From: Rhizodiscina lignyota
Taxonomy: Eukaryota
Assembly (NCBI GenBank): GCA_010015805.1
Contig: ML978122.1
Location: 3,010,453-3,074,452 of the forward strand
Direction: 5' to 3'
Length of the DNA: 64,000 nt
The first letter of the stretch is position 1; each line of letters begins with the position of its first letter. This document shows, in pieces, positions 12,103-24,881 of this stretch. The notes beneath the pieces are model-generated. The model was not told where the DNA came from. It did not search any database and worked only from the letters and a program-made list of their open reading frames with translations. Made by a program: the position numbers and the translations under genes.

Positions 12103-13863
12103 ATGTCGAATATCACTCCTTCAGCAGCGAGGCTGGCCCTCCGGACTTGCTCACGACGGCCTTCAGCATGCTCGGCTCTGCGAGCGAGACCACAGATATT
12201 CGCCACCGCCGGCCAATGCGCGAGCGGAAGGCGAACATATGTCTCCAAGACAGAGTCGCATCAGGCCACTGTCAACGTAGAGACTGCGATCAAGGCTGAT
12301 CAAAAAGCTTTCCTGAATCAGACAGGACTGCAGCCTGGAAACGCGCAGATGCCCACGACGGGAATGAGCGGCGACGCCATGATGAGTCCAACTGCCGGGA
12401 TACTGAAGCAAGCTACGATAATGGACGAGGGAGCAAGGCCAATCTATCTGGATATGCAGGCGACTACTCCTATGGACCCAAGAGTACTGGATGCGATGTT
12501 GCCGTTCATGACAGGCTTATACGGCAATCCTCACTCACGGACACACGCGTACGGTTGGGAGACAGATAAGGCTGTAGAACAGGCGCGGAAGCATGTGGCG
12601 GATTTGATCGGAGCAGATCCGAAAGAGATAATCTTCACGAGCGGTGCGACGGAGAGCAACAACATGAGCATCAAGGGTGTGGCAAGGTTTTTCAAGAGGT
12701 CGGGGAAGAAGAACCACGTAATAACCTGCCAGACGGAACACAAGTGCGTGTTGGACAGCTGTCGACATCTCCAGGATGAAGGTTTCGAGGTCACATATCT
12801 GCCAGTGAAGAGCGACGGCTTGATTGACATGAAGGAATTGGAAGAGGCCATCAGGCCAGAGACTATCCTTGTCAGCATCATGGCCGTCAACAATGAAATT
12901 GGTGTTGTACAGCCAATTGAAGAGATTGGCCAGCTGTGTCGCAAGAAGAAGGTCTTCTATCACACAGATGGAGCCCAGGCCGCCGGGAAGATACCGATGG
13001 ACGTTAATAAGATGAACATTGACCTCATGTCCCTCACCGCACACAAGATATACGGGCCCATGGGCATCGGCGCATGCTACGTTCGACGGAGACCGCGTGT
13101 AAGACTCGACCCCATCATCAGTGGAGGTGGACAGGAGCGCGGACTGAGAAGTGGTACCTTGGCACCGCCTCTAGTGATAGGCTTTGGTGAAGCTGCGAGA
13201 ATAGCCATGGAAGAGATGCCGGTGAGCAAAATCCTTTCCTACCTTGTCTCCTTCTCTTGGATTTCGGATGATTATACGCTTTAAACATGCATGGCTTTCT
13301 GAAGCGCTAGACGGTGTCTACGGATCCTTGATTCGTACGTTGATGCACGGTGTTGTTATGTAGCAGGGGTTATGACCATTTCCACTGGCAAAATGTTTTG
13401 TATGCGGCCCATTCAGACAACTTACTAACTCCCTCGATAGTACGACACGAAGCGCATCAAAATGCTTTCGGATCGCCTCCTTAACGGCTTACTCGCGCTC
13501 GATCATACAAGTCAGAACGGCGCAGCCGACCGACACTACCCCGGCTGTGTCAATGTATCGTTTGCCTACGTGGAGGGAGAGTCACTACTGATGGCTCTCA
13601 AAGACATCGCCCTGTCATCTGGCAGCGCATGCACATCTGCATCTCTCGAGCCAAGCTACGTCCTCCGCGCACTTGGCAACAGCGACGAGAGCGCGCATAG
13701 CAGTATCCGCTTTGGTATTGGTAGATTCACGACGGAAGAAGAGATTGATTACGTGCTCAAGGCAGTCAGTGAACGCGTGACCTTCTTGAGGGAGCTGAGT
13801 CCGTTGTGGGAAATGGTGCAGGAGGGCATTGATCTGAAGTCAATTGAATGGGCCCAGCACTAA
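12103..13863 (+). CDS. NFS1: Mitochondrial cysteine desulfurase (intron 13222-13440)
   Basis: [20 protein letters not shown]-lysine motif [10 protein letters not shown], catalytic SSGSACTS. Arg/Ser-rich mitochondrial presequence. Confidence 0.97.
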
Positions 13864-14192
13864 ATTGTTGAACGACGGAATTGTCCATGTACATTATTTG
13901 GATAGTAAATGACTATCTTGTGTGATAAATTCCGGATCCTCTGATCCACTGATTACTGTGCCACGCATATCGAGATCTCGGGATCTCCTAGATTTCCCGT
14001 GCAATGGCGGAGCACAAGGTCTCTCTTTCGTTTGAACCGACGCGTAGCCATGAGTACAAAAGCGGAAGAAATCACCGCAATTCGAGCTCTTTAGTTGAAG
14101 GACTTGGCTAAAATAAGGTTGCCTTGACTTGGTGGCCTGGGCATATAAAATTCCCGACCCCACTTAATGCTTTCCTGCGCACCAACTCCAGC

Positions 14193-16096
14193 ATGTCCAC
14201 AGTCCCAGAAAGAACGCTGAATTGGCTCTACAGCGTTCTCACCAGCGTGAGTCTCATGATGGGAAACTCGAGATTATCCAGCTAATAACACTCGCTATAG
14301 GAATATCATGATGTGAACCGCACGTACGCCGACGTTGCCGCAACCCTCTCTCATTATAGCTCTCTGAAGCCACGAACAGAAGTCTACAGCAGGTCCCCCT
14401 CTCTTTTCTGTGTGTTGATCAATTCTACTCATAAAAGCAGCAAATTCCTCTTGTCCGTTGTTTCTTGAAATCCAGTATTCTTTGCTTCTGACGTCGATCA
14501 GCATACGAAAGCGGCTCCTCTGCCCTTCTTCTACGGCTCTCTGGCACCCTCCCAGTCACCTTTCGCGGCGCTACCTACCGATTTCCGATCACAATATGGA
14601 TCCCACACGCGTATCCTCGAGAGGCGCCTCTTCTCTACGTAACGCCGGTACAAGGCATGGTGTTGGTGCCGGGGAATTATGTCGGTAGTGAGGGACGAGT
14701 ATACCACAGATATCTAGCGCAGTGGGCGGAGTATTGGGATCGCTCGTCGATAATAGACTTTCTGGACATACTGAGAGGTATATTTGCGAAGGAGGCACCG
14801 GTCAGGACACAGCAGCAGGATGGATTCGGACAGCAGCTACAGCGTGGAGCAGAGCCTACTCCTCCGCCGCTGCCTCCGCCACCAGAGGAATTGAGAAGAG
14901 TTCATCAGCCGACTCCACCAGTTGCGTCGCCGCGACCAGGCTCTCAACCGCCTCCGCTACCTCCGAAACCGGGTGAGACGCCAAATGGGCATCCACCTTC
15001 GAACATACAGCCGCCACAGCGAAACCCGCAAGATGGACCACCACTTCCACCTTTGCCCCCAGAGGCCGTCCAGCAGACTTACGCCCTTCAGCCGCAATGG
15101 CAATCAAATGGCTCGGCGGTCCCTCCAGAACAATACCAGCAAGTGCCACCGCAGAGGCAGAGCAGCATCGGAAGAAGCCCTCAGTCAATTATGCCTCCAC
15201 ACATACGACCGCATATGACGCCACAGCATCCACAGCAGCAACAAAGCTATCGCACATCTCAGTATGAGATGGACAGAAGCCCTGTTAGCCCAATGGCGCC
15301 TGAGGTATCGCCTCAAGGTCCTCCACCGCACCAGCAGCAACCATCGCTGCTTCGGCCTCAAGCACAATACGCATCACCACCTCCTCCGCTACAACCGTCC
15401 TTCCAACAACAACAATATCCATACGGCACCCCTCATCCACAGCCGCCCTTCAACGCCTACACCCAACCGCCACCACAGCAAGCACCTCCTCCGAAATCCG
15501 CCCCTCTTGACCTCCTCACATCCCCCCTAGACGTCACTCTACCCTCCCAAGATCCCAGCAACCAGCCCGCTCTCCCCGCACCCCCAATACCCCCCAATCC
15601 TGAGAAAGATGCCCTCCTCACCGCGCTCTCGCAATCTCTCCACGCACAAATAACATCCACCCTCTCCTCCAACGCCTCTGCCTCCTCCTCGCTCCACGCA
15701 CAAAACGCCGCTCTCTCATCCGCCATGTACCGGCTACAATCCGAGCTCCAACAGCTCGAGCAGCTCGCTGCAGCCGTCGACGCGAACGAGCGGATTCTCC
15801 GCGACACAATGCGTGACGCGGACCGGGTTATGGAGGATGCGAAGGGCAGGAAGAGGCCAGAGGTCGATGATGTGCTGGTTGCGCCGACAGTGGTGGGGAA
15901 TCAATTATACAGGGAGTGTGGGGAAATTGAGGGGCTGCGGGAGGCGAGGGGGGTGGTGGGCAGAGCGCTGGATGGTGGGGTGCTAGGGGTGGGGGAGTTT
16001 GTGAGGCAAACGAGGGGTTTGGCGAGGGAGGAGTTTTTGAAGAAGGTTGTTGTGGGGAAGATTGCTAGGGGGCTGGGGTTGGAGGATGTTAAGTGA
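14193..16096 (+). CDS. VPS23: ESCRT-I subunit Vps23/TSG101 (UEV domain, Pro-rich linker, coiled coil, steadiness box)
   Basis: Spliced UEV domain (LSGTLPVTFRGATYRFPITIWIPHAYPREAP), Pro/Gln-rich linker, C-terminal EVDDVLVAPTVVGNQLY...FVRQTRGLAREEF. Second intron predicted as GC-AG. Confidence 0.9.
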
Positions 16097-16297
16097 TATG
16101 GAATGGCAGTTAGGGGCGGATAGGAGGATGAAAAATCAATGTTGCATTGCGACTGGATCATGATGAAAATCCACCTGAAATAGAACATGAGAAGGCGTAT
16201 GATTCAAAGCGCGAGCTCGAGATTCATTCATTGAATAGTCTACGTACGAAAATCCCTCATCTCATGTGCGCCTGTCCAAATGCCTTACAGAACGGCC

Positions 16298-17149
16298 TCA
16301 GAGATTAACCTGAATCTTTGATGCAACCTGCGTCGCCGGCTTGAACGGATGGGTCACCTCTCCCGTCTTCTCGTCCTTGTCTTCCCACTCATCCAGCTTG
16401 AATTTGCATATAAGCTCTGCCTTGAACGGCTCTGGTGGATGACTCCACGTGTGCGCCACCGCATCGTGCAAGCACTCGATGTTAATCGCCTTGAACCCCT
16501 CCAGCTTCGCTTCCCGCATAAGGAAGTTGGCCAACTTTCGCATGAGCCCGAAGCCCTCGTAGTCCTGCCTCGTGCTCGTCGCGTTACGCATGAGAAACTG
16601 CTTCGGTCCCGTCGGCGTGTGTGATTCCTCCGGCCGCGTATCCAGCACGTGCAGAATACCATACAGCATCCCGAACAGCGGCAGAACGGCGATCAACGGC
16701 ATCAGCTTCTCCATATCCAACGCATTGATACCATCATACGCAAGCGCGACGGTTGCGAGAGGGTTGTCCATCGCGTCCAACATCTCCTGCTGCGTCGCGT
16801 CGGGGCTGATATCGTCCCAGTACACTGCTCCCTCGGTGGCTTCTGATTCGGGCCGCTTGAACTTATACTCGGTGTCGAAGACGCCGAACGACATGCCGCT
16901 CTCAACTTGGTGGCGCACGAGGTAGTCAGCAGCCTTGAAACCGTCGAGGGCGCGCTGGGTCTGCTTTTCTGGGTAACAGACAGGCCAGACGGGCGAGCAG
17001 TACATGTTGGAATGGATAACGACGGCAGAGGCCCAGGGAATATGCTTTTCTTCTAGGCGACGGATCTCAAAGCGTGGAGGAAGGTAGGATGGGTTCTTCT
17101 CTGAGGCAGCAGAGCGCGAATGCGCGCCGTTCACACCGTTGGTGGCCAT
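16298..17149 (-). CDS. Intronless GNAT-fold acetyltransferase-like protein
   Basis: 283 aa ORF with strong coding codon bias. Acetyl-CoA motif A-like ATSTRQDYEGFGLMRKL followed by AKLEGFKAINIEC. Confidence 0.7.
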   Translation of the reverse strand: MATNGVNGAHSRSAASEKNPSYLPPRFEIRRLEEKHIPWASAVVIHSNMYCSPVWPVCYPEKQTQRALDGFKAADYLVRHQVESGMSFGVFDTEYKFKRPESEATEGAVYWDDISPDATQQEMLDAMDNPLATVALAYDGINALDMEKLMPLIAVLPLFGMLYGILHVLDTRPEESHTPTGPKQFLMRNATSTRQDYEGFGLMRKLANFLMREAKLEGFKAINIECLHDAVAHTWSHPPEPFKAELICKFKLDEWEDKDEKTGEVTHPFKPATQVASKIQVNL

Positions 17150-18325
17150 GTTGTGGACTGTTGGATGGGATGAACTGGACTTGGAGATGTGATAGAGGAG
17201 ACGAGAAGCAGAAGTGGAGAAGCAGAAGGAATTCAGGACAAGTCAGGCCAGGAACTGGGTTGTGGCTGTTTGTTTTATATGTACTCGCATCATCACGCTG
17301 GCCTTAATGCACGAGAACGTCGCACAAAACGCGTCTAGCGCTTACGAAAGCGGACAGCTTGAACGTATGGAAATGTAGAGATGAACCAGAAAAGCAGGCT
17401 CTTATCTTTTACCCCGGATGAGACCACTGTAACGGTGCAATGCGGCGACATTTGGGTGGAGTGCAGAGGTCCTCAGGCCATCAACATCGCGTCAACCTGA
17501 AAGCTGAGACACGGTTTATACGACGCTCCGGCAGCCGCGTCAAGGATCTAGAAGAGGTGGATCCAGGGTCCCACGGCGTTAGGCGCTTTGCACGGTGCTG
17601 CTAGTGGCTAGTATGAGGTGTATAAAAGCCGTCGGTCGCTGTGAAAAGAAGGTGGGAAATGCTCGTGCTTACGCTGCTGTGGCCCGAGAGCCCAAAGTCA
17701 GCTTAGCTAATTGCAGGGTAGCCAAAACGGGTAAACCATGCTGTGTTGGGGAAAGGCGGGAAATACTATGCGAGGCAAATCGGACGTCTCGTCTACAAAG
17801 ATATACATAACTCGTTCAGGAGAATGTTGTGAGATCAAGACGTAGCAAGTGGCACAGGAGGCAACGTTCGGAAGAAGCTCGGAGGCCTGATTCCCAATAT
17901 CTATGTATCACTCGACCACTACCACCGGTTTACAGCAATGCGGCCGCTGGGCCCGCCGCTGCATGGAGCATTTCGAGATTTATGCAACCGTGACAGTCGT
18001 ACCTCTCCACTTCAGAACCTGTCAGGCCATCGTTGAAAGCCAATCAAATTTCGCGTTCCAGTTCATGCGAGGTTTTCAGTACTAAGACATCAAATCTCCA
18101 GGTCAAAAGAAAGTTTCGCCTCCTCGCCGAGTCTTAATTCAATTATATATGGAATCCATTCATTCTGTTCGCAAACACTTAGAAAAATTCGGGCAATTAT
18201 AAAGATATCTGTCTTCAAAGGAAACATCCGGCCTGAAGATTCCTAATCCCTAAAGCAATACAGAGTTTTACAACGCTCTTCACCTATATCAGAATGCGCT
18301 GCCTAATCACACACTGCAGTAACGC

Positions 18326-21300
18326 TCACAGAGCTTCAATGGCAAGACGAAGCACCTCCAATCCCCTTTCAGCGAATATTTCACCCTCCTCTTTCACTAT
18401 TGAATCATCTTTCTCATTTTCAGCAATCTTACCAACGTCCTTCAACATCCACGCCACATCACTCTGCATGCCCAATGGGACATACACACCAACACGATCT
18501 TTCTCCATCCTCTCCTTCAGTCTGCTCGTGTGCTCCCACTCTCTTGCGGCAACTTCAGCCCTGTCAATGACTTTGTTGGGAATGCCACACATGGCTGCGC
18601 AGTGCATGCCAAAGCTACCCTCTGCAACTCCATCTTCGAGCTTGTACAGGAATGTAACTCGCTTGTTCTTGTCATCAACGTCAATGGCCATCCTCTTCGG
18701 CTTAATCTCAGGATGCTTCTCAAATTCCACGGCCAGCGAGTGGTAATGGGTGGCAAAGACACCGATGCAGCCCTGCCAGGTGGCGAGATGATGGAGGACG
18801 GCTTCCGCAACGGCAACTCCATCATAGGAAGACGTACCGCGTCCAAGCTCGTCCAGAATTACAAGGCTACGAGGTGTGGCTTCGCTGAGAATCTTTTTGG
18901 TCTCAGCAAGTTCGACAAAGAAGGTCGACTGCGCAGCGAAGATTGCGTCATGCGCACCAAGGCGAGACATGATACGATCGACTGGAGTGAGACGAGCTCG
19001 ACTGCATGGTAGGTAGACGCCAAGCTGGGCTAGAATAACGGCAATGCAAGTCTGCGTTAGATGGTTAGCCTATTGATATGAATACGACCAAGTAGATGCT
19101 GACTCACCATCCTCAGGACTGTCGATTTTCCCGCAGCATTGGCTCCCGTCAAGAGATCAATGTTCGGAGCATCACCACCAAGCTTGATATCGTTGGGAAT
19201 GAAATCCGCAACGGTGCTTGTCATGCAAGGATGCCTCAGCTCCTCAAATTCGATGACTGTCCTGGCTCTCGCATCATCCACAAATTCTGGCCTGCAGCTT
19301 GGCTCGCCCATGCTCGCTGATGCCTTAGCAAGACTGATCAAGCAATCCAGTTGTGCAATTATCTTCACCGCGGCCAGCCAAGTAGAATAGTCCTCGTCGA
19401 ATCGGGCATAGAAGCGACCTGCAACCTCTTTGACAATTTGACCATGCGTCTCCTGAGCCTCCTGTAGCGCGCGAACGAGCTTGCGAAGTTCCGGGGTGTA
19501 GTAACGTTTGACCGACTTTGTTGCAGACATTTGATCCCACGACTTTGGCACCTTTGTAATCTTGGCGGGAACTTCAAGCTGGTAAATCTCCTTGCCGTTG
19601 TCGCGGTACACGATACTGGTGCTCCCAAGCTCGCGCCTTTGTTTCTTCAGGAACGCATTCATCTCTTCCATGACCTGGTCAATCGCATCCTGGCTCTCAT
19701 CAAAGTCAGTCTCCACACCTGTCTGCGGAACGAGAATTTCATTCTCTCTCGCTTTCTCGCGGTCGAAGGCATCTTTCCAGTACTTTAGCGAGCTGGCTAG
19801 ATCAGGCATGCCGGTGATGAGTTGGCCGATGACCCCCTCTCCTTCACCAAATTCACTTAGGAGGCTCATCGTGTACTCGATTTGCTCGAAGCCCTCAATG
19901 ACCTTGACAAAATCGCCCACTTTGCACCTTCCTGCGTGAACGCGTGACAACAGTCTCTCGAGATCGGGTAGCTTGCTGAGAGATGAAGTAAAGCGATCCT
20001 CAACCGTTGAGTCTGCATTCAACGCTTCAACAGCATCAAGCCGTGCGTTGATCTTGCGAGCATCTGCCAAGGGATGACACACCCATTGTCGTAACATGCG
20101 CTTTCCGAATGGAGTGACGCAACGGTTCAACATGGAGAAGAGCGTCCCTTCCGCACTTCCATCAAAGGTGTTTGCAAATACCTCGAGGTTAATCAAGCTC
20201 TGGCCGTCCAAGACGAGACTGGTGGCTTTGCGAATTGGATCGTACCACGAGAAGTTACCCAAAGTGACGAGTTCTCTTTCGATCTTCAGAGTCCGCAGAT
20301 ACTGAACGAGAGCACCAAAGGCAGACATGAGGAGCTCTTTATCTTTAGCCTCTCGAAGGACTGTGGGCCAGGCCTCAATGTTGTCCTGATCTGGATGCAC
20401 GAAATATTCGCTGGCATCGATTTCGCGACAGGTAATATCGGCAGACCAGAATTCCTTCTCCGGCTTGAGGTAGTTCCAGATTGTCATTGGCCCAGTGTTG
20501 TTCTTAAGTATTCGCAAGGCTTTGGCCGATATACATGACTATTAAAGTAAGCATCCGGCTCCCAGGAGAGGTGAAGGAGGAACAACCTTCTCTATCAGCA
20601 ATTCGCCGGGACGAGTTTGAGCAACGAATGTCTCAAACTTAGTCATATCCGGATCATCAATGAACTCTGCGAGGTGGAATTGTCCCGTAGCAGCATCGAC
20701 AAAGGCTATGCCAAATGCTGGACAGCTGTCGATGTCTCTCTCCTGCAAGATGTTAGAGAGAGTATATATGAATTGATGCAGAAAAATTGACCTTGATTGC
20801 AGCACAGAATGTCGACATGTCATCCTGCAACATGCTACCATCCACCAGCGTGCCCGGGGTCAGAACGGTCGCAAGCTCTCTCCGAATGACCTTGTCTTCC
20901 TTCTTCGCCTTGCTGGGCTTGCCGTCATCACGCTCACGCATCTCTTTTGCAAGCGCAGATTCCATCTGATCAACTCGAGCAATTTTGAAGCCCTTCGCGA
21001 CGAATTGATTTGCCCAGTGATCCAGAGAAGCTTCAGGGACACCAACCATGCGCATATTGACACGGTCAGTGAGCTTGAGGTCGAACAGCTGGTGGCCAAC
21101 CGTCGCATCGTTCTCGTATAGCTCGTAGAATTTGCCCTTTTTAAAGAAGACGATGGTGTTCCAGAACTTCTGCTTGATCTCCCAATATTGTTTCTCAAAG
21201 GGAGAGAAGCCCACCCACGCTCCAGGGGGTATGTAGATTGTTCTTGGGTCGTAGTCTGGGTGGTCTGGAGGGTTCCGATCCGCGTCTTGAAGATTGGCCA

Positions 21301-22257
21301 GCCACGTATAACGCTTTTCTGGATCGATGCCGGCTACCTTCTGCTTGCCCTTGCTAGCCGCGGTCGATTTCTTTGGGGGAGGTGCAGGCCGGGCTGTTCC
21401 AGGTTCAATATTATCTGGGTCAAATGTCCATTGTTGTGCGGTGGACACTGTGGGCATCTCAATGTCCTCGACATCCGCTGGCGGCGAGGAGCGAATTTTT
21501 GGAGTAGCTGACTTGCTCGTGCTCGTTGCTTGCTGGCGTTTACGCTTTTGAGGGAGGACAATGTCTTCGTCAGAGTCGTCGGGGACAATGAAGTCGTCCA
21601 TGTCTGCTTGCATCTCGTCAGTTACCAGGGCCCATAGAAGTGGTAGCATTTAGTGGAAGCAATACCGTCGGCCATGGCAGCTTCAGTAGCAGCATCTACG
21701 CCAAACTCATCGTCCGAGTCGTCCGTCACAACCTTTCGTCTCTTCGCTGCCCGTGCATTAGGGGCATTGCCGGACAGTGGGCGAAAGACGTCTTCATCTT
21801 CATCCTCGCTGGACTCGGCGTAGTTGACGGCCTTCTTGACCTACGACGCGTGATCAACTTCAATGGTAACAAACAGAAGGGGCAAGCGTACCTTTCTCGA
21901 TGGGCTGCTCAAGTCTGAACCCGCAACTTCTTTACCAAAATGCCCATCAGCTTCAGCCTCTGCGGGAGTGATCGGCGAAGGCAGACCATTCTCCTTGTTC
22001 TTACCAACTGTCACGCCTACAGCTTCTTGAGAGCTCTCCGCAGGGCTGGAGGGAGCGAGATTGTCGCTGCTTGGAGCTGGAGTTAGACTGATAGTTGAAC
22101 GCTGAGAGACGGCATCCAACTTCTTGGTATCAGGCTTCTTCTGGAAGAAGCCCAGAATGGACCTTTGCCCTTTGCTGGATTGAGACGAAGCAGTTGTCTT
22201 CTTTTGGGCATTGGCTTTCGGTGTGGAAACCTCGTTTCCTTCAACTCCTCGAGCCAT
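18326..22257 (-). CDS. MSH6: DNA mismatch repair protein MutS-alpha subunit (6 exons)
   Basis: N-terminal PIP box QRSILGFF, mismatch-binding FFKKGKFYELY, P-loop TGANAAGKST, SLVILDELGRGT, FATHYH. Confidence 0.97.
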
Positions 22258-22292
22258 GTTGCCAATTGGGGTTGAGAGAGTTTGTGGAAGGG

Positions 22293-22352
22293 AAGTTCGC
22301 GTCCAAGCGGAGAAGACGCGAACTTAAAGCGCGTTCGCGTCACGGTGGCGCG
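22293..22352. promoter_or_regulatory. Cluster of MCB-like (ACGCG/CGCG) elements including an 11-bp perfect inverted repeat in the MSH6/BUD32 divergent promoter
   Basis: AAGTTCGCGTC (22293-22303) ... GACGCGAACTT (22315-22325), plus AGCGCGTTCGCGTC and GGCGCGC within 100 bp of the MSH6 ATG. Confidence 0.6.
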
Positions 22353-22719
22353 CACGTGTCGTCCGGCAGTAGCTAAAATGTCATCGTCAAGCTTGGGACG
22401 ACAGACGACCACGACGAGACGACTTCCCAGCACCCCGGATCCAGGGGACTGCTCATGAACAGGCGTGAATTTCCCAGTCAAATTTGTCCTCATGAATAGG
22501 CAAAGCCAAGGCGGACTTTTCTTCTGAGCGAACCGTTCTGGATCTACACATTTGAACATGATAGAAGCCTCCCGATTGGGGCTTTGTACCATCCCTACAA
22601 TTGTCTGCAACTGTCACAATGTGTGGTACACCCACCGTATCCCGTCGACATTATAAGCCTTGCCATGCGATAGCCGTTAACTCAATATTCCCGATCCCAA
22701 CTTTACAGGAACGATAATC

Positions 22720-23556
22720 ATGACCTCTCACTCCCTCCCAGCTCCTTTCTCCAATGCATCCTCAGCCGCACCAGCGCTTCTTACGCAAGGTGCCGAGGCG
22801 CTTGTCTACAAGACCGTCTTCCTCTCCGCAGACACGCCTTGCGCACTAAAATATCGACCACCGAAAACATGGCGACATCCCATCCTCGACCGACGCTTGA
22901 CCAAGCAACGACTCCTCTCAGAAGCCAGGACATTGACAAAATGCCGAAGAGAGGGCGTGAAATGTCCTGGAGTACTTGGTGCTGATTGGGACGCTGGATG
23001 GATTGCGCTGGAATGGATAGAGGGGTACACAATTCGGAAGTGTTTGGACAAGTTTCTACATGGGCTCGAAGCCGAAGATATTGCTAGTACAAATAAGGAA
23101 GCAGAGAATAAGGACAGCGAAGAGGCGCAGAAGCGTTCTGAGCTTTGGGATCTTATGGCCAGAGTCGGTCGTGCGGTTGGACGGCTCCATGAGATCGGTG
23201 TGGTTCATGGTGACCTTACAACGAGCAATCTGATGCTGCGGCCACCACAATCATTACGAGAAGGTGCATTTGATGCAGAGCCTGGTGCTGCACCAAGCAA
23301 CGATGGCCCCGAAGACCTCAGCGGCGACGTTGTGCTCATCGACTTCGGACTCGCAATACAGCTGGTTCAAGATGAGGACCGCGCAGTAGATCTGTATGTC
23401 TTGGAGCGCGCATTCAGCAGTACACATCCAACGGCCGAACCGCTGTTCAAGGAAGTACTGCGTGTCTACGGCGAAAGCTACAAAGGTGCAAAAGTTGTAC
23501 TGCGGAGACTTGAGGAAGTGCGCATGCGTGGTCGAAAGAAGAGTATGATTGGTTAA
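22720..23556 (+). CDS. BUD32: KEOPS/EKC complex atypical kinase Bud32/PRPK
   Basis: QGAEA, KYRPPKTWRHPILD, HGDLTTSN, IDFGL, EDRAVDLYVLERAF, and C-terminal VRMRGRKKSMIG. Confidence 0.96.
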   Translation: MTSHSLPAPFSNASSAAPALLTQGAEALVYKTVFLSADTPCALKYRPPKTWRHPILDRRLTKQRLLSEARTLTKCRREGVKCPGVLGADWDAGWIALEWIEGYTIRKCLDKFLHGLEAEDIASTNKEAENKDSEEAQKRSELWDLMARVGRAVGRLHEIGVVHGDLTTSNLMLRPPQSLREGAFDAEPGAAPSNDGPEDLSGDVVLIDFGLAIQLVQDEDRAVDLYVLERAFSSTHPTAEPLFKEVLRVYGESYKGAKVVLRRLEEVRMRGRKKSMIG

Positions 23557-23776
23557 TGGTTCATATGAAAAGCTACTTCTGAGCTATCTGCCTTCGATTG
23601 CCGGTACCGTATCACAAAAGTTGCGTCTACAGGACGCAGAAAGTCATGTGCCTTGGAATTCCTATTGGTCGATCATCTATCGTCCCAATGTGCCCAAGCC
23701 ATTTCACGCTCGACTATACACGCTCGACTTTACTACGCCAGGAATTGATCTTCCCCCAGTGTCCTGCGCTTGCAGC

Positions 23777-24881
23777 TTACACGAGAGACTTGCAATCCGA
23801 ATCCTTTTCTGAGCCATGCGATTTCTTCGTTGGCGAGATGACTGGGCTCCTCATTTCGACTGCAGTGGATCCAGTCATTGGGGTGGGAGGGAGGTGCGTC
23901 GGATTCGCAAATCTGTTATGCTTTGCAGCAGGTCTTGTAGTCGACGCCTGCTCTAATGTAGCGGATGCCCACATAGACGAGAGTGGCAGGAAGAGCGTGC
24001 AAGTCGTGAGGGTCTGTGATGCGAGTTCGACATCAGAACCGACGTATTCGAAGATCGAGAACAAGGCTGTGATTGTGCTGTAATCTCGTGTATACATTCC
24101 TTTCAAGAAGTAATTGCATTCTCTTACCTGGAATGAGAAGAGTCTGGCAACCCATGATGAAGATGGCCTGCATTGGCCCGAACTTGTGGATGCCAAGGCT
24201 ACGGCGCTGAAGAATGGCAAAGCCCAGCTTGAAGAGAAAGATTGCGCAGAAGAAGCAGATGCTGATGGTCGTGGTAATGTTAGTTGCGTTCGGGAGCCAG
24301 TTTATGTCGTCGGTATTCTGCAGCGCCAGTGTTGCGCGAGCGCTCACAACTGTGAGGGCGAATCGGAATCCGATGGCTACCATTGCAACACAAATCGAGA
24401 CCAGCATGATCCAGAAGCGGTTGACCTTGCGGGTGGTCACGCTGGCAACGCGGATTTGGAAGATGAGGCTCGATTCGACAAGGACCAACACAATGAGAGT
24501 GAAGATGTTCGCTGAGATGGAAACGCCAAAAGCCGATGTGGGAATGTCAGAGTAGTCGCCTGAGAAGTACGGATACGGGTGGTAGAAAGGTCCAGTGTAG
24601 TAGCAGACGCCGAGGATTGAGCGGACGACGTTCAGAAGCAGTGCCACAGCATTCAGGATGAAGACCGTGGAGCGGCGCTTTCCCGCACTGCTGAGCAAGA
24701 GGAGAATGAAGAGAAGAAGTGCGGATGCGCCGATCTGGGTACCAATGTTGATGCAGATGCGAATACCGTAGTACACGTAGTACACCAGGTCGTCCATCGG
24801 GAACCGCACTGGACCGTCAGGGCTCTGAATGGTGATTGTCTGGTGCAAGTAGTCGACGGGGGAAGCCGTTGTGGGTGCCAT
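23777..24881 (-). CDS. STE2: Alpha-factor-type pheromone receptor (class D GPCR), 2 exons
   Basis: Seven hydrophobic segments, INIGTQIGAS, VESSLIFQIRV, RRSLGIHKFGPMQAIFIMGCQTLLIP|ALFS, LPLSSMWAS. Intron about 24067-24127. 3' end tentative. Confidence 0.93.

Noticed and set aside
13222..13440. TPP riboswitch or SECIS interpretation of the NFS1 intron
   Set aside because: The TPP core motifs (GCTGAGA, ACCTGA) are absent and SECIS geometry does not fit; kept only as a generic structured-intron candidate.
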